Origin: Hydrolagus affinis
Taxonomy: Eukaryota
Reading direction: 5' to 3'
Assembly: GCA_012026655.1 (NCBI GenBank)
Contig: JAAILG010000109.1
Coordinates: forward strand, 1-64,000
DNA length: 64,000 nucleotides
Below, piece by piece: positions 24,999 through 38,515 of the stretch (the stretch's first letter is position 1; each line of letters opens with the position of its first letter). Both the position numbers and the translations under genes were made by a program. The notes under the pieces were generated by a model. That model made no database searches. It saw nothing but the letters and a program-made list of their open reading frames with translations, and was not told the origin of the DNA.

Positions 24999-27239
24999 AC
25001 AGGCAGCACATTAATCTTTAAACATAAGTGGAAATGTACGGACACTACAGTGCTGAATTCATCAAATATCTAGTGGCAATGTCGTTGCAAAATATTACAA
25101 TTAGCATGATGATGATTCTTCCCAGAATATGCTTCCAGTGGGGTATACTTCGCCTGGAGTTACCCAAATATAGGCCTTAACAATGGTCATTTTCCACTTG
25201 TGAGAACATTAACAAGCGCAGAAGTATTCGCTTTTAGTGTGACAAATAGCCGCTTACGGAATGACAAGCAAATGCATATATTTATTGCCTTTTGTGTTAC
25301 AGTGAAACATAGTCTTAGTTTTGCTGCTACTATTAATATTCAATTCTGGAGAAAAATGTAATGACTAAAAAGAACACATATCAATCAAATCATGCTGGAA
25401 TGGGACGCCATGCTTACGTATCCATTATTTCCTTTTTCCCTAGGGTGTGACACAAACACAAAATATTTGTATGCACTCCTTCCAAAGTGGTAGGTTACCA
25501 ATTTCCCTGTCAGAAATGTAGTTCTGTGTGCCTGGGATTAGTCGTCTATGGTTGTTGCACTTGAAATATTATTCGACGATGATTCCTGTTTTCAGAAGTG
25601 TTGGCTAATTACGTATGAAATTTATACCAGTAATAACTGAGAAATTAATTTTGTGCGTAATCTGTTGCTTTTGACCATTATTTCAATACTGAATAATCTA
25701 TCATTCTACTCATCACAACTCACTTTCAGATTCTTCAGTCTGCTGCAGTGTTACTAAACAACATGTCATGTCACAGAATTTACCAGTTGTGCACAGCATC
25801 ATCAATGTATGTTTCTGACACAGCAAACTGGTTATGCTGAACTGTTTAAAATGCCCATTGACGTGGAAACAACAACAAAATTACATTTGTATAGTACCTT
25901 TCACATCTGAAAAGGCAACATATAACAATGCAATTGTTTTTATTTCTATCGTGCTACAACGATCAGGACAAGCTTGAAATAATCATACAACAAAATTTAA
26001 AACAAGGAAAGTGTGACCTATATTGTGCATTTACAATGGAATTTTGCCATTAAAAAATATTTTGTGACATGAAATATTAGGGCCATGGAATTCTTAAAGC
26101 AGACTTTAAATGAAGGACAAATTTATGTGCATTTTCTTTTAGCGTGTCCAAATCTAATCCTTGTGTTCAATCATATTCAGTCTATTGTATGCCTCAGACA
26201 GGTTTTGCTGTAATTCTCTGCCAGAGGCATTATTATATCAAGATCATACTTTCACAGTATATTCTATAATTAGCATGCGTTGACTATCTTGCTCATTCAT
26301 TAAGCAAGAATAAATAATTCAGATTGACTGACAGAAAATACTTAAGACAGGAAACTGGAATAAACAGAAAAATAGCTCCTCACCATGCAGTAAGGAACCA
26401 AACACCCATTATAAGTAAATAATAATCCATCCATTTGATGTAGCACCTTTCACATCAGGAGGATCTCTCAAAGTGTTTCACGGGATTTTACTGTAAAGTG
26501 TAGTGACTTGTGAATTTTAGCAGGCAAATGTGTACAATGAAAACCAACAGAGGCTTCTAATTCAAACGTCAGTCTGCAGGTTTTTTCTGACCTACTTGAA
26601 TATTAATCGTACACATTCCTCTTATCACACGACTATGTAAGGCTATCTAAATGGAATCCATACAATACAAAACTACATCTGTAAAAAGCCTTTCATGTCA
26701 GGAGAACTGCCAAGACACTGAGGTGTCAGAGATGAAATGGGGGTGGGGGGAGGATTGGATCAAGGAGGGTGCAGAACAGGGAGGAAAGAAAATTAACACT
26801 TTTGGTAGCAAATTTGGCAAATCAGGATTTTGCAGGAGCGACAATCTGACTGCCAAATGTTTAGCCTCTTCCTTGCAATAAATGGTCACAATTACTGCTT
26901 GAGGAGCAACAATACAAGTCAAGTAATGGCATAGATTACCACTGACAAATTATATTAATATAGCATCAATAACAAGTTCGTACTTTAATAAATTAGTAGA
27001 TTATCTCTATGAAAGCTCAAGTTGTAACTAAATAGCTCAAAAGCAGCTATTTTCAGATCACTAAATTATTAATATATTATTAACTGACTGAACAATAAAA
27101 CATTAAAAAGTTATTTTCATTTTTTTGTGTGAAATAAGCACTTCAAATACATCCTAATAAGTGATGTATACGTCATAATAAACAAACCTTTCTTCTACTT
27201 TACTAAACTTTTATTTAAGTCATTTATCTACTTCAGCGA

Positions 27240-27247
27240 TATATATG

Positions 27248-27292
<45 letters not shown>
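27240..27292. repeat. (TA)n(CA)n microsatellite
   Basis: Direct reading. Confidence 0.85.
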
Positions 27293-27293
<1 letters not shown>

Positions 27294-28459
27294 GTATGCC
27301 TCAGATAGTGCAGTATAGAACTGTTCTCTGACACTTAATTGGTATAAGTTTTTTTTTATATAGCTTTGGAGCTTTCAACTATTATTCACCTAATCCCCCT
27401 TAATGCAGTGGAAGGGAATGCACTGCACTCCCAAGTTCTGTTTGCAGATTTGCCTGGAGTAGTTAATGAGGTTTTCTCCTATTACTGCTCCTGAGACTCT
27501 GACAAGATCAGTGCATAACTGACTGGTACCTCATTGGTATGTATGAAATAATTTCTGAATGGAGAAAACCTATACGATTTTTAAGCTACAGTAACAATTT
27601 GTTACATTTCCATGTCTTGGTATGAAGAATACCTAAGGGAGAACAAAAGGAGACAGTAATGGTGCATAATCAGATGTAATAAATTGAGTCAAGCCGGTTG
27701 GGGTCCAATTAGTTCCTATCTAATATTTCTCACTACTTGGCACAGTGAAGCTAAAGGGCATGAACTATTTATAAAACAGACAGGACTATAAGCTGTTAAA
27801 GCTAATGTATTGGTTCCATATAAAAAAGGCAACATGTGAATTTTTCATGAAAAATAACCCATGATTGCTGTGATCCTGATTTTTTAATTCATTAATTTTA
27901 TATTTCAAGATTGATGGCGGAAAAAAATTCTAAATCATCAAAAATGAGATGGGGCTTGGGGTCCAAAAGTTTGCTGACATCACATTAGAATGATATTAAA
28001 CCTTCCCAAAATAACTTAGGGAGATCAGGAAGAGATCAATGCAGGTGAAGGTCAAGGCCAAGTATGCCGTGTGCAGACATTATACTAACAGATGCCTTGA
28101 ATGCCATGAATAAACATTATACTATCAGAGTTCACCATTTTTTTGGAACAGCAAACAGTACAAGCTATTTTACAAAGCCAAATCTTTCAAACCATAGGAA
28201 ATGTAATTCACTGACAGTTTCCCTCTCAGGGAAATTTGCACATTTGGCTTGATATATTTTCTGCAGGTTCATCCCAGTTCATAATGAATATAGCCCCACA
28301 AAATTGCAAAGTGGGATCACAATCTAGAATTAAACTCACAAGAATGTCAAAATGCTCATACTGTGCAGCGGGAGGGATTCCCCTGAGCTGCGCTCAAAAA
28401 CACAGTTGTGGTAAAATAAAACAGACTTCGGTCGACAACAGGTGACCTTTGAGAGTCTG

Positions 28460-28720
28460 ATAACAACAACACAGCAACAAAATTACACTTATAGAGCGCC
28501 TTTCACGTCAGGAGGACGTCCCAAGGCACTGAACAGTCAGGTCGGGACCCGAGCAAGGTAGAGGAACAGGGTAGGGGGGAGGGGTGGGAGAGAGTTAGGT
28601 GGGCAGCAGAAGGTACGGTTGAAGAGGAAGGTCTTGAGACCGACCTTAAAGGAGGCAAGGGAGGGAGCGAGGCAAAGGGAGGGTGAGATGGAGTTCCAGA
28701 GTGTGGGGGCAGAGATAACA
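28460..28720 (-). mobile_element. L2 LINE 3' end
   Basis: Minus strand: TLWNSISPSLCLAPSLASFKVGLKTFLF, then tail gtgccttgggacgtcctcctgacgtgaaaggcgctctataagtgtaattttgttg. Confidence 0.75.
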
Positions 28721-29604
28721 CTAAGTAACAAAAGCAGGAACATGTTCCATTCCCCAACTGTGCCAACCTTTGCTTTGACACATGTAATATCTCTGTACAC
28801 ACACATTAAGGGCATTGAAGTACAAAAAATGAATTATTTTACATTCATTTCTGCTACACTGTATCATAGAAGGCCAATACATGGCAATCAGAATTTGGGC
28901 AAGTCTTTATTCTTGAAGAATCAAATATCAGCCATGTCTCGATTGATTTATGCCTTGAAATATTATAGGTACTCAATAAAAGAACAGAAAGTGAGATCTA
29001 TTTAAAAGGAGAACAATACTGTCATCAAAGTTTTAAGGAACTCCTTTTCTTCATCACTAGAGGGAAGTAAAAAAGTAAAACAATATAAACTGTAGTGTTC
29101 TGAATTGTACTTCTCAAGTTAACTAAAAAAAACATTTTGTGCAATTTAAATGATTTAAGAATCATGTTGGGTGGATTCTTCACACTCAAATTGGCAAGAA
29201 ATGATCCTTTAATGTATATTTTCACTCATCTGTTGCACATTTCTGTAGCATTAGTGTTAGAGACAAGCAAGTAGATGCTGCCTGTATCTGAGTTACAACA
29301 TAATTTGGTTTTAATGTATTAAAATAAAATAAATTGTAAAAGGGTAGCCAATCTTGTCTTTCTGAATTTTGCATCCACGTTCTTTGTGAACCTAATATTT
29401 TTAATGTCTGTCTTTGTGAAAGAGAAAGGGAATAAGGAAAAAGGGATCTAGATTTGGGAACTCGTAAACAAGGTGTAAGCATATGGTTTTCTAGTGTCTA
29501 ACAGGATAATCGGGAATTATATTCAAGTTCTATTTGAGTCCAAGGGAAGAATCATTCCAGTTTCCTGTTGATGTGTTGGTGTTTGTGAGGAAGACATCCA
29601 GCTT

Positions 29605-30303
29605 TCTATTGTATACGTCAGGAACCTAGGTGTCTTGTTCGATCCTCAACTTTCCCCCACATCCAAGCCATGACCCACTCTGCCTTCCCTCACCTCCGCA
29701 AAATTGCCCATCTCCGCCACTACCTTACCCCTCAGGCTGGTGAAACTCTCATTCATGCCTTCATCACGTGCAGGCTCGATTATACCAATGACTTGCTCGT
29801 CGGCCTCCTCAATTCTTCCCTCTATCTCCTGCACCAAACTCTGCAACCCTATCAACCCTATTCTCACCCGACTCAACCGGCTTCCCATCACTCAGAGCAT
29901 TAAATTCAAGATCCTGGTCCTCACCTTTAAAGCTCACCATGGCCTTGCCCCACCCTAACTCCTAGCCCCCTCCCACAATGTCTGTTCAGCGGGCTCCAGC
30001 CAGCTTCATGTCCCTCACCCCACCATCGGTGGGAGAGCCTTCACCAAATCTGCTCCCAACCTTTGAAATTCCATCTGCTCCCAACCTTTGAAATTCCATC
30101 CTACAATGCCTCCATCTTGCCCCCTCCCTAGGTTCCTTCAAGTCCTGCCTCAAGACCCTTTTTGCTTCAACCGTGTCATCGGTCAACCTCCCTTCCCTCC
30201 ATCCTCCCCGATCCTGACCTCAGCTTGGGTCTGAAGCACTGTCCAGCACCTTGGGACATTCTCCCGATATGAAAGGAGCTATAACAAATGTAATTTGTTG
30301 TTG
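29605..30303 (+). mobile_element. 5'-truncated L2 LINE (ORF2 C-terminus plus tail), with a 25-bp internal tandem duplication at 30048-30097
   Basis: VRNLGVLFDPQL, HLRKIAHLRHYL, ETLIHAFITCRLDYTN and LPITQSIKFKILVLTFKAHHGLAPP are L2 ORF2 motifs; ends acaaatgtaatttgttgttg. Confidence 0.85.
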
Positions 30304-30734
30304 TATACAAGTTGGGAGAATAGAAGGATTCAAATTCCCTTGTTGAATAGAATTTCTCTGCATTCCTTCCTTTATAGCTTCTGATTTGACTGAACGACTG
30401 AAATTGAAATCTGTACATGAAACTCAAATTAAACTGAGTGCTCTCGTCCCGAGTAAACATTTGCATAACCCATTTCCTTGAATTACAGTTTCTGTACATT
30501 ACATCTTCTGAAATATTCTCTATCTCAACGAGTGTTTCCAATTTTTGTTAGCTAGTAATTTCCCCTGTGTAATCTTTCCCCACAATTCAAATATTATAAC
30601 CAATGAACCCTAGTAATGGAAAATAGAAACTGTGGTATCTTTTTTCTTTCTGTATGTATTCTGTATTCAGCAAAGCCATCTTAAATTTGTTAATAAAATA
30701 AAAATAATAATTTTGGAACTCAATCTATGACCTT

Positions 30735-30862
30735 TTATGGGACATTCCTGGGCGCAATTCTCTGTAGTGTTTCCCCTACAAAATATACAGTCAATTCACT
30801 TTACATTTATTCTGTAAAGTGCTTTCAAATGTCTCAAAGACGTGATCAAATGCAAGGATTAT
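30735..30862 (+). mobile_element. SINE 3' fragment
   Basis: acaaatatacagtcaattcactttac...caaatgcaaggattatt. Confidence 0.65.
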
Positions 30863-31021
30863 TTTTAAGGTTGTGTCCTATTTTCCACATATCAACAGCT
30901 AACTACTACACTAAGGTGCGGTTATGCTCCTGCCCCTTATCTACATAATTATTCTCTTTATCTATAACAACAATAGTTTTATAATGATAAATGTAATGAT
31001 ATATAAATATAAATATAATGA

Positions 31022-31120
31022 CAATATAATGATAATCCTTGCATTTGATATTGCACCTTATCATATCTTTGAGACACCTCAAGGCGCTTCACAGAATATA
31101 CTATAAAGAGAATTGACTGA
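31022..31120 (-). mobile_element. SINE 3' fragment
   Basis: ataatccttgcatttgata...gcgcttcacagaatatact. Confidence 0.7.
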
Positions 31121-31596
31121 TTACTTTGTGAAACTATAGTTCAAAGCTTTTAAAAATCCTGTGAGATGCTTTAAGATGTCCTGCCAACTAAAAGGCACCC
31201 TGCCAAATGCAAGGATTATTTATTATAATATTTCAATTATTCAGGAATTATTACAACTGTTACGACTTTCTCTTGTTTACATTCTCTACTATACAAGTGG
31301 TCCATCTAATAATCTATCATCCTGAATATAACGTCCCTTTTGTTCTCCTTCTGTATTCTTTTCTATAATCGATTGCCTACCCTTTCAACCTGCCCAAGCC
31401 ACATCCTTGCATTAAGCTGCGAATTATAAAAATGGGTTGCATTTTTCCACCTCTGCTCACTCTCGCAGTAATGTGATCCTGGCATTGGATGACGAAAATA
31501 CCTTTCAAATCGCTTTGTGTATAACCTATCAAGATGATTGCATAATTCAAACCCACTTCTGTGCTCCAAACCTTGCCACTGTTGAATTTTGTGTGA

Positions 31597-31890
31597 TCCT
31601 GTAGCTCAGCTGTTGGAACCCAGGTATCTCACAAGCGAGATACCTGAGTTCGATTCCCAGCAGAAACCTTGGATAAATTTCCCCACTCCACATGCCTGAT
31701 AATAATCCCTCAAAAAAAAACAATAATAAATTGGTCACTTCAATCCACGTCTGTTTGTGGGACACTGCTCTGCTGTGTTTCGCCCACAGATATACAATCA
31801 ATTCACTTTCCAGTACTGTATATTCTGTGAAGCGCTTTGAGACATCTAGAAGATGGGAAAAGCGCTATATCAAATCAAGGATTATTATTA
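31597..31890 (+). mobile_element. Near full-length tRNA-derived SINE with L2-type tail
   Basis: Pol III A-box-like tagctcagctgttgg, B-box gagttcgattccc, body ctgtttgtgggacactgct, tail tgtgaagcgctttgagac...aaaagcgctatatcaaat...(att)n. Confidence 0.85.
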
Positions 31891-34620
31891 ATATAAAAAT
31901 AATTTTGAACCCAATTTAAATCTGTATAAATAATGCAACTGTTCAAAAATAGGTGTTTTCACCCCTCTTTCTTTCTGCCCACTTCATATCTTCAGCATTG
32001 CTCCACTCTTAAAAGATGAATCAGCTTGCAGCTGAATTTGGATGCCTCTACCTGATTCCATCAATTTTCCTGGTTGGTGATTCAGGCTACGAACCAAGTG
32101 GAAAGCAACCTTGGCTATATCGAATGCAAGGATTATTTTTTATTTTATGCGATGATAATTTGATTTAGCTTAAATATCATGGCTTGTTACAATTGCTGAA
32201 ATCAAAAGCTTAATCATCATTTCCCACTGCTTGGCCCATAGGTGCCAATTCAATCAAATATAAATCACAAATATGTCAGTGGGAGAACGAATCCATGGTA
32301 GAAACACAGTCAATTGCTGCCTTGACATTTGGTAGGAATTATTGCGTGGATGACTGGCTGGCTATACTGGAAGAGGATCAACACTGCCTAGATACCAAAA
32401 GACTAGCAAGGTGCACACACACAAGAACATCCCTAATCTGCTCAGAGATCATTAGAAATATATACCTTCATTTCTAAACTGTGAAACAATTTTAAATCTA
32501 CAAATGCAGATTGTATCATAATAAATGGAAAACAGCAGATTATAGTTTATCTACCTGTATTTGCAACCATGCTACTGCACTCTGCAAACCCTTTCTATTT
32601 TTAAAATGAGAAAATGTGTAAGTACATTGAAAGCTTGGGGTGGGAGAGAGTGAAAAGTTGTTCCTTTATATGAGCTTGATATGCTTTTACATTATTTGCC
32701 TCTTGGCAGAGGTACCAGGCACATATTCTTTCTGCATGACCTGTTCTTCAAATTGTATACTAGATGTTAAAGCCATTCAAAATCCTTCTGTCACATTTCA
32801 TCCAGTTGCATTCTCATACACCCAATCTATCCCCAAGCAAACCGGTTCATTCTACGGTGGTTATAACCTGCTGTTTATATTCTTCTCTGTTGATTTGTTT
32901 ATCTAGCAGAATGCAAGTTAGCTTTACATTCAACATACACTGCAAGTTGTCCATTCATTTGGGAAAAGCTCATATTTGCTTCAGTGAGCAATCCCCACTG
33001 TCAAATTGTATTTTTTTTTAAACTCCAGGAACATATGTTTGTCTCAACCATCAATTAAATACAACTGAGTCCTTTCAATGAATTTATTCCTGAAAATATT
33101 GTGAAGTAATCCTTTGGGGGTAGTTAATAAGCAAAGAATCAACCACCCTTGGTACTTTAGAATAACAATTATGTAGGCAAACATAATTTGAATCTATTAA
33201 AATGTACCTTCAGAGAAAATTGTAAATATTTAATACTCTGCTATAGTTTACATCACCTGTGAGAAATTGGTACTTGTAACGCTTTCCCTCCATCCCTTCT
33301 TGCTAAATCAGAAAATTGGGCTAATTACGTTTTATATTCTACAACTAAGTCAGAGTCATAGGAGTGAAAAATGTGATATTGAATGTGATAATTATTATTG
33401 GACATGTTATTATTGAACTCATATTTTCTCTTAGACGTATGGAATACACTCACTGCTTGCTGAATAACCAGAGAGAATTAGAAAGATAGAACACAAAAAA
33501 AAAAGATGGTTGTGACAGATACTGTAGAATGGTCAGGCTAAATAGTGACAAGAACAAATGAGAAAGGCTTGAGAAGGAAGAAAGAGAATAGAAGAAATTG
33601 ACGTTGCAAACTTAGCTCGCCTCTGTGTTTTTATTCACTGTATTGATCTATAACTGCTTGAAGAAAAATGGATCAAGCATATTTATTCTTCCTAACTAAA
33701 TGTAAAATCGAAAATGGTTGGTGTCCATTGTTCTCATCTTACACCCTTAGAAACGCTATATAGTATGGCTACAATACTTTGTCTGCTACAGTACTGTATC
33801 AAAATTTACATATACTTATTAGTCCTAACTTGTAAGTCCCACCTTATTATCTACCGATTAATGGATCAATTTTAAAAGCTGCACCTATTTTGTATATTTT
33901 CCCCGAGGTTCTGCAATAAATTGCTGCAGTTGTTTATATGTGTAGTTGGTCAAGGAATTTGTCTATACTTCACTCCAATTGTCTGACTGGGCTACCTCTT
34001 TTACATTGATGCATGTAGTTATCATCACTTTCAGTGACCATAGTTATGTCAATGTCGTCATTGATCTAAGTGAATAAGAACAAGTGCATGGTCTCTCATT
34101 TTATTTAAGGTAGTTATAAATCAGGTGTGCCTCCATTCTTCCAATTCTCCCTGGGCTACATTGATAGTGAAGTAACCACTACAGATTTCTTCATCGACCT
34201 TTGAAAACATGGGCATTTAGTTGACAAGATGAGGCAGAATCCCATTTTATTGGTGTTAACCAATTTGATAGCCACGGGCAGCAAGTGTAACTTATTGCCA
34301 TCATCAAGCTACCTTTCAAAGGGCAAAGAAACAGCTTGAGGCAGTAATGGTTAGAAGGCAGGGTGTATATTGTGGAAGAAGGCAGGGTATGTTATAAGCA
34401 ATAAAATGGTATTAAACAATAAATAGAATGAAAAGTCTTCTTGATCAGCAGTTCTGCTCTGATCTTGTGAACTAAGTGGAGTTTCTCCCATTAGCATCCA
34501 GTTATTCCATTCAGATTCAATAGCCTACAATAATTACATGTACTTGTACATGCCTGTCGCTGGGGAGCAGTGTCTTAGAATTACTACAACTTAATACATC
34601 ATCTTGATCTATCACATTTA

Positions 34621-34905
34621 ATAATGATAATCTTTGCATTCAGGTCTTCTGTACTTCTCAAAGCGCTTCACAGAATATACTGTAAAGAATTGACTGCATA
34701 TTTGTGGGCGAAACGCAGCAGCCAATTGCATACAGCAGTGTCCCACAAACAGTCGTGCATTGAAATGACCAATTTTTTTTTGAGGGATTATTATTCAGTG
34801 TGTAGAGAAAGGAAACTCACCCAAGATTTTGCTCTGCCTGGAATTGAACCCAGGTCTCTCGCTTATAAGGCGAGTCCTCTAACCGCTGATCTATTGGACA
34901 GGACT
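34621..34905 (-). mobile_element. Near full-length tRNA-derived SINE
   Basis: Reverse complement aligns with 31597-31890; B-box gggttcaattcc on the minus strand. Confidence 0.85.
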
Positions 34906-36451
34906 TTTACTTCATTTCCTAAAGCTAAATGCAGTAAATTACTTCCTCTGTTTTGGGCCAATTCTACAATGCTAGTACTGAGATTGCCAGCATCAAATCC
35001 TTTCATATGACAATGGTCTTAAAAGAAGCTTGTGCCCCCATCACAAACTGAACAACTGAGGTTACTCAGTTTGGGAATCAAACCTGAATCATATATATAT
35101 ACCATGAAGGAGAGGGCCATTCTGCCCGTCAGAGCAAACTGTACTTTCAATCCTGCTGCCCTGCCCCATTCCAATGGTCACTTGATCGACAACAACTTCA
35201 TAATTAGGTTTGGTTGCCTATTTCGGAACAAATCAGCAGATACTAGGGAGATTGTCTGATTGGCAGACAATGGGCTGACCCTGTCAGATAAGCAGGCAAG
35301 TGCTTTCTCATTTTGAGCTCGCACCATCCAGCTGTGGTAAACTTATGGAACGTTGGAAAATAAGATACTCTTGATCTCCAAATTCAGAAAATTTAGTGAC
35401 GTTCACAATATTGTCCCTCTTATGTTCCAAATGATTTCTTGTACTTAATAATATACAGTAGTTAGGGTTCGGTTCAAAGTAAAATTCAGGTTAGAAGCAT
35501 ATCTGTCAAATATTTAAACTAATTCCCCGGACAACAGCCTAAGAAAATAAATCTAGATAAGCTGAACAACCTTGGAAAGCTGTATTTCAAACGTGCCCGA
35601 GACTGATTGAAAGAAGAAAGAAATGGGTTATGCATTTCCTACTGCCTACAAACATGGAACATTAGCATGCAGTTCTCATTGAAAGAAAAACCTTCCAATT
35701 TGAAACTCTCTGAATGATCATTTCATGGGACTAGATTTATTGCAATGTTCGTGCAGTTGGAGACAGGAGAGTAATTGAGATTTTTTGTTAGCTCATAATT
35801 TGCATTCCATTCCCGTATTTCTGGATACTCCCTTGGTAAAAAGACAGCATTATTGAATCCTTCTTCCAATTGATCCCATTGTTCTTCCTCAGTCCCATGG
35901 GTACAACAATTATAGATCACTCTTGGAATTGGGGAGATGAACATGACAGATTTCAAAAGTATCACACAAAGAGTTGGCCATCGCATTTTACCCTTGACAA
36001 CGTTACATGATTCTTATTCCAGTTTAATGCATTTTAAGCCCTAATGTGTTACCATATTATAATCTACAAATCAGAGTCGCTCTTGTTTCAGATCACAGTT
36101 CTGTTTGTATTGAACTCTTCTTAAGTCCCAAGTCATATAAATCACCTTCAATTGATATTCAATAGATCGTGAACATTGAGTAGATGGTTGTTTCCATATT
36201 GACAAAAAATAGTTGAACAGATTAGTGTAATGAGATGTTGCACTTGTTGCTAGTATATTGTTGGCACTGAAAAAACACCAGAAGTCAGATTATTATAGTA
36301 CTGTAAATGATTCTTTGCTTTAAAAGGTCATTTGTCTACTTTTTATGAACTTTCTTTCATTTTTTAGCCATCAATTATTTGCAGGTGGAAACTGTTTGAA
36401 GGTAAAATTCTACTACCTTATTCTACCCTGTTGATGACTCTTAGGTGTCAT

Positions 36452-36507
36452 CATATATATATATATATATATATAGGGAATATATATATACTATAGAGAG
36501 AGAGAGA
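36452..36507. repeat. (TA)n/(GA)n microsatellite
   Basis: Direct reading. Confidence 0.8.
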
Positions 36508-36619
36508 TTCTCTTTGTTTTCAGTTATGGTTTGCAACAACAGTAACTTGCATTTATATAGCACCCTTCATGCGGGCTAGCATCCCAGAGCGTTTTATAGT
36601 GGTGGAGTCTGACAATACT

Positions 36620-36772
36620 AGATTGGCACCTCCAACAACGCAACAAACCCCAGCACTGCATGCTCACTGTATGAGTTTAGGCTATGTGACATCTCAAGTC
36701 CTGATGTGGTGCTTGAAACCACAACCTTCTGATTCAGTACTGAGAGTGGTACCACTGAGCCAAGCTGACACT
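36620..36772 (-). mobile_element. 5' head of an old SacSINE1-like DeuSINE
   Basis: Minus strand gtgtcagcttggctcagtggtaccactctcagtactgaatcagaaggttgtggtttcaagc contains A and B boxes; related to 1040-1340. Confidence 0.65.
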
Positions 36773-37866
36773 CAATGTGAAAACAAGTCTACGCCAAACT
36801 GGTTGGATAAATCTATTTTTAATTCACTCAGCCCTTGCTGCCAGCAAAGCTGACTCTCAGGATATGTCTATAATATGTAGAAGATTGTGTCCTCCTCTCC
36901 ACAGATACTCCAGCATTCAACTGGGGGCTTGTACGGTCTGCTTCTATAATCACTGGGTGGGGGAGAGGGAGGGGTTGGTGGTTTGACGAGGCAGATCTCA
37001 ATACTATCTACCCATCAGCTTCAGATAAACAGACTATAAAAAGGATACTGAATTCTTTCCACTCCTAAATTTGTAAAAAAATCCAAAGGTTACCAATGAA
37101 AGCCTAAAATTTATGTGGTGTTATGTTGTCAGTTTGAGAGGTATATTGTGTGAAGATGAGGATATATAGCAGCTGTTTGTTAGTCCTATAGAAGTTACAT
37201 GGTCAGCAATTACTTTTAACTGTCCAGTGTCTGAACAGGTTCATTCATCCTTATAGGATGGTTGACTAGCTTTTATTAAGGAATGCCTGGGGAACTAGCT
37301 CCATCTTCATACAAACTTCAAACTCATCGGTATTTACTAGCAAGAGATAATTGACTGAATATCTAGAAACAAGCAAAAGGAGCATCATAGGCGAGAATGT
37401 GCAAGAAAAAAAATTTAATGCAGTGAAGCCTTACATGAACAGATACAACAGAAACAGTAAAGGCAGAATGTGTAAAACAGTTCAGGAGATATGGAGATTG
37501 GCTCTGTTCAGGAACTGGCGGAGGAAGAGCATGCAGTGGCCTAGTCCCACACATATAACATGACCCTCAAGCAATGTGTTTTCATTCTACAATTGCTTGA
37601 GTGTTATTAATGTGGCACTGCTATAAATAAAATGAAATGTACTCTGTGAAGTACACAAGATAGTCAGGCACCAGATATGCTTGGAACCGGGGATTCACCA
37701 GGATGTGTGGCATCCTTCTGACAGCCCTGTTTCCCATCTGTACCAACAAAATAGGAACAGTTCTAATTGCTCGAGCAAGGACAATATGCTACTTAACCTT
37801 AATCTTCAAATGTGCAATGAACCCCCATTAACCTGTGCAAACAAAGATGCCAAGTGGGATACATAA

Positions 37867-38515
37867 CAGAGGAGTTTTTAACGTTGGTGCAATCGGTGCA
37901 ATGCACCAAGGGGCCGCTCATATTGCGGGCCTCCAAAGTAATGCAAAAAATCATCAAAACGGGGGGATTTGAGTGTGCTGTGCTCTTGTCTTTTGTTAAA
38001 TATAACGAAAACCAGAGCTCTCCCCAGCCGGAGAAGGCGGTTCTGCCCAAAAAGGCATCGCACCTGCCAAAGTTATTTTTTGCATAAAATAAAATTTTGA
38101 CTCACTTACAAAAGAAATATACTCATTTATTAGATATAACTTGACCGAAAAATAAGCATACGGCATGGCCATAATGTTTAAGTCATGCGACTTTAATAGT
38201 GCAGTGATTCGGCGCACACTATGTACTGATCCGGATAAAGAGAATCCCGCTTCCAACTTGGATCACATGCACGAAAGTACTAATACCAAGATCTAATCAT
38301 TGGCAGGTCTAACTCAAAGACTATCGGCGCGAATCAGAGATGTTCAATTTTTACTGTTTGTTGAAAAAACTCGAGAGCGCGTTTTATCAAGGAGAACACA
38401 GTGATAAAGGCTAGCACTCATTGCACATCAAACTAGGTAAGATTCTACAACCTCCAACTAACGAGCCCCCTAAGAAAATTGCACCGAATAGTTTAAAGTC
38501 TTAAAAACGCCTCTG
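37867..38515. mobile_element. Non-autonomous hAT-superfamily DNA transposon (MITE-like), 649 bp
   Basis: TIRs CAGAGGAGTTTTTAA (37867-37881) and TTAAAAACGCCTCTG (38501-38515), 14/15 match; perfect 8-bp TSD ATACATAA at 37859-37866 and 38516-38523; no transposase ORF. Confidence 0.88.

Noticed and set aside
31597-31660. tRNA gene
   Set aside because: A and B boxes are present, but there is no acceptor stem and it continues into a multi-copy SINE body
34624-35010. 128-aa ORF similar to ORFs at 47100 and 31547
   Set aside because: The similarity comes from reading through antisense SINE copies, not from a gene family
35723-35986. 87-aa minus-strand ORF with a hydrophobic N-terminus (MRWPTLCVILL...)
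   Set aside because: No recognisable domain, splice partners or promoter evidence; length is compatible with chance. BLASTP or RNA-seq would settle it.
37854-38256. ORFs inside the hAT-type element as a transposase
   Set aside because: All under 90 aa, with no BED finger, DDE or hAT dimerisation motifs
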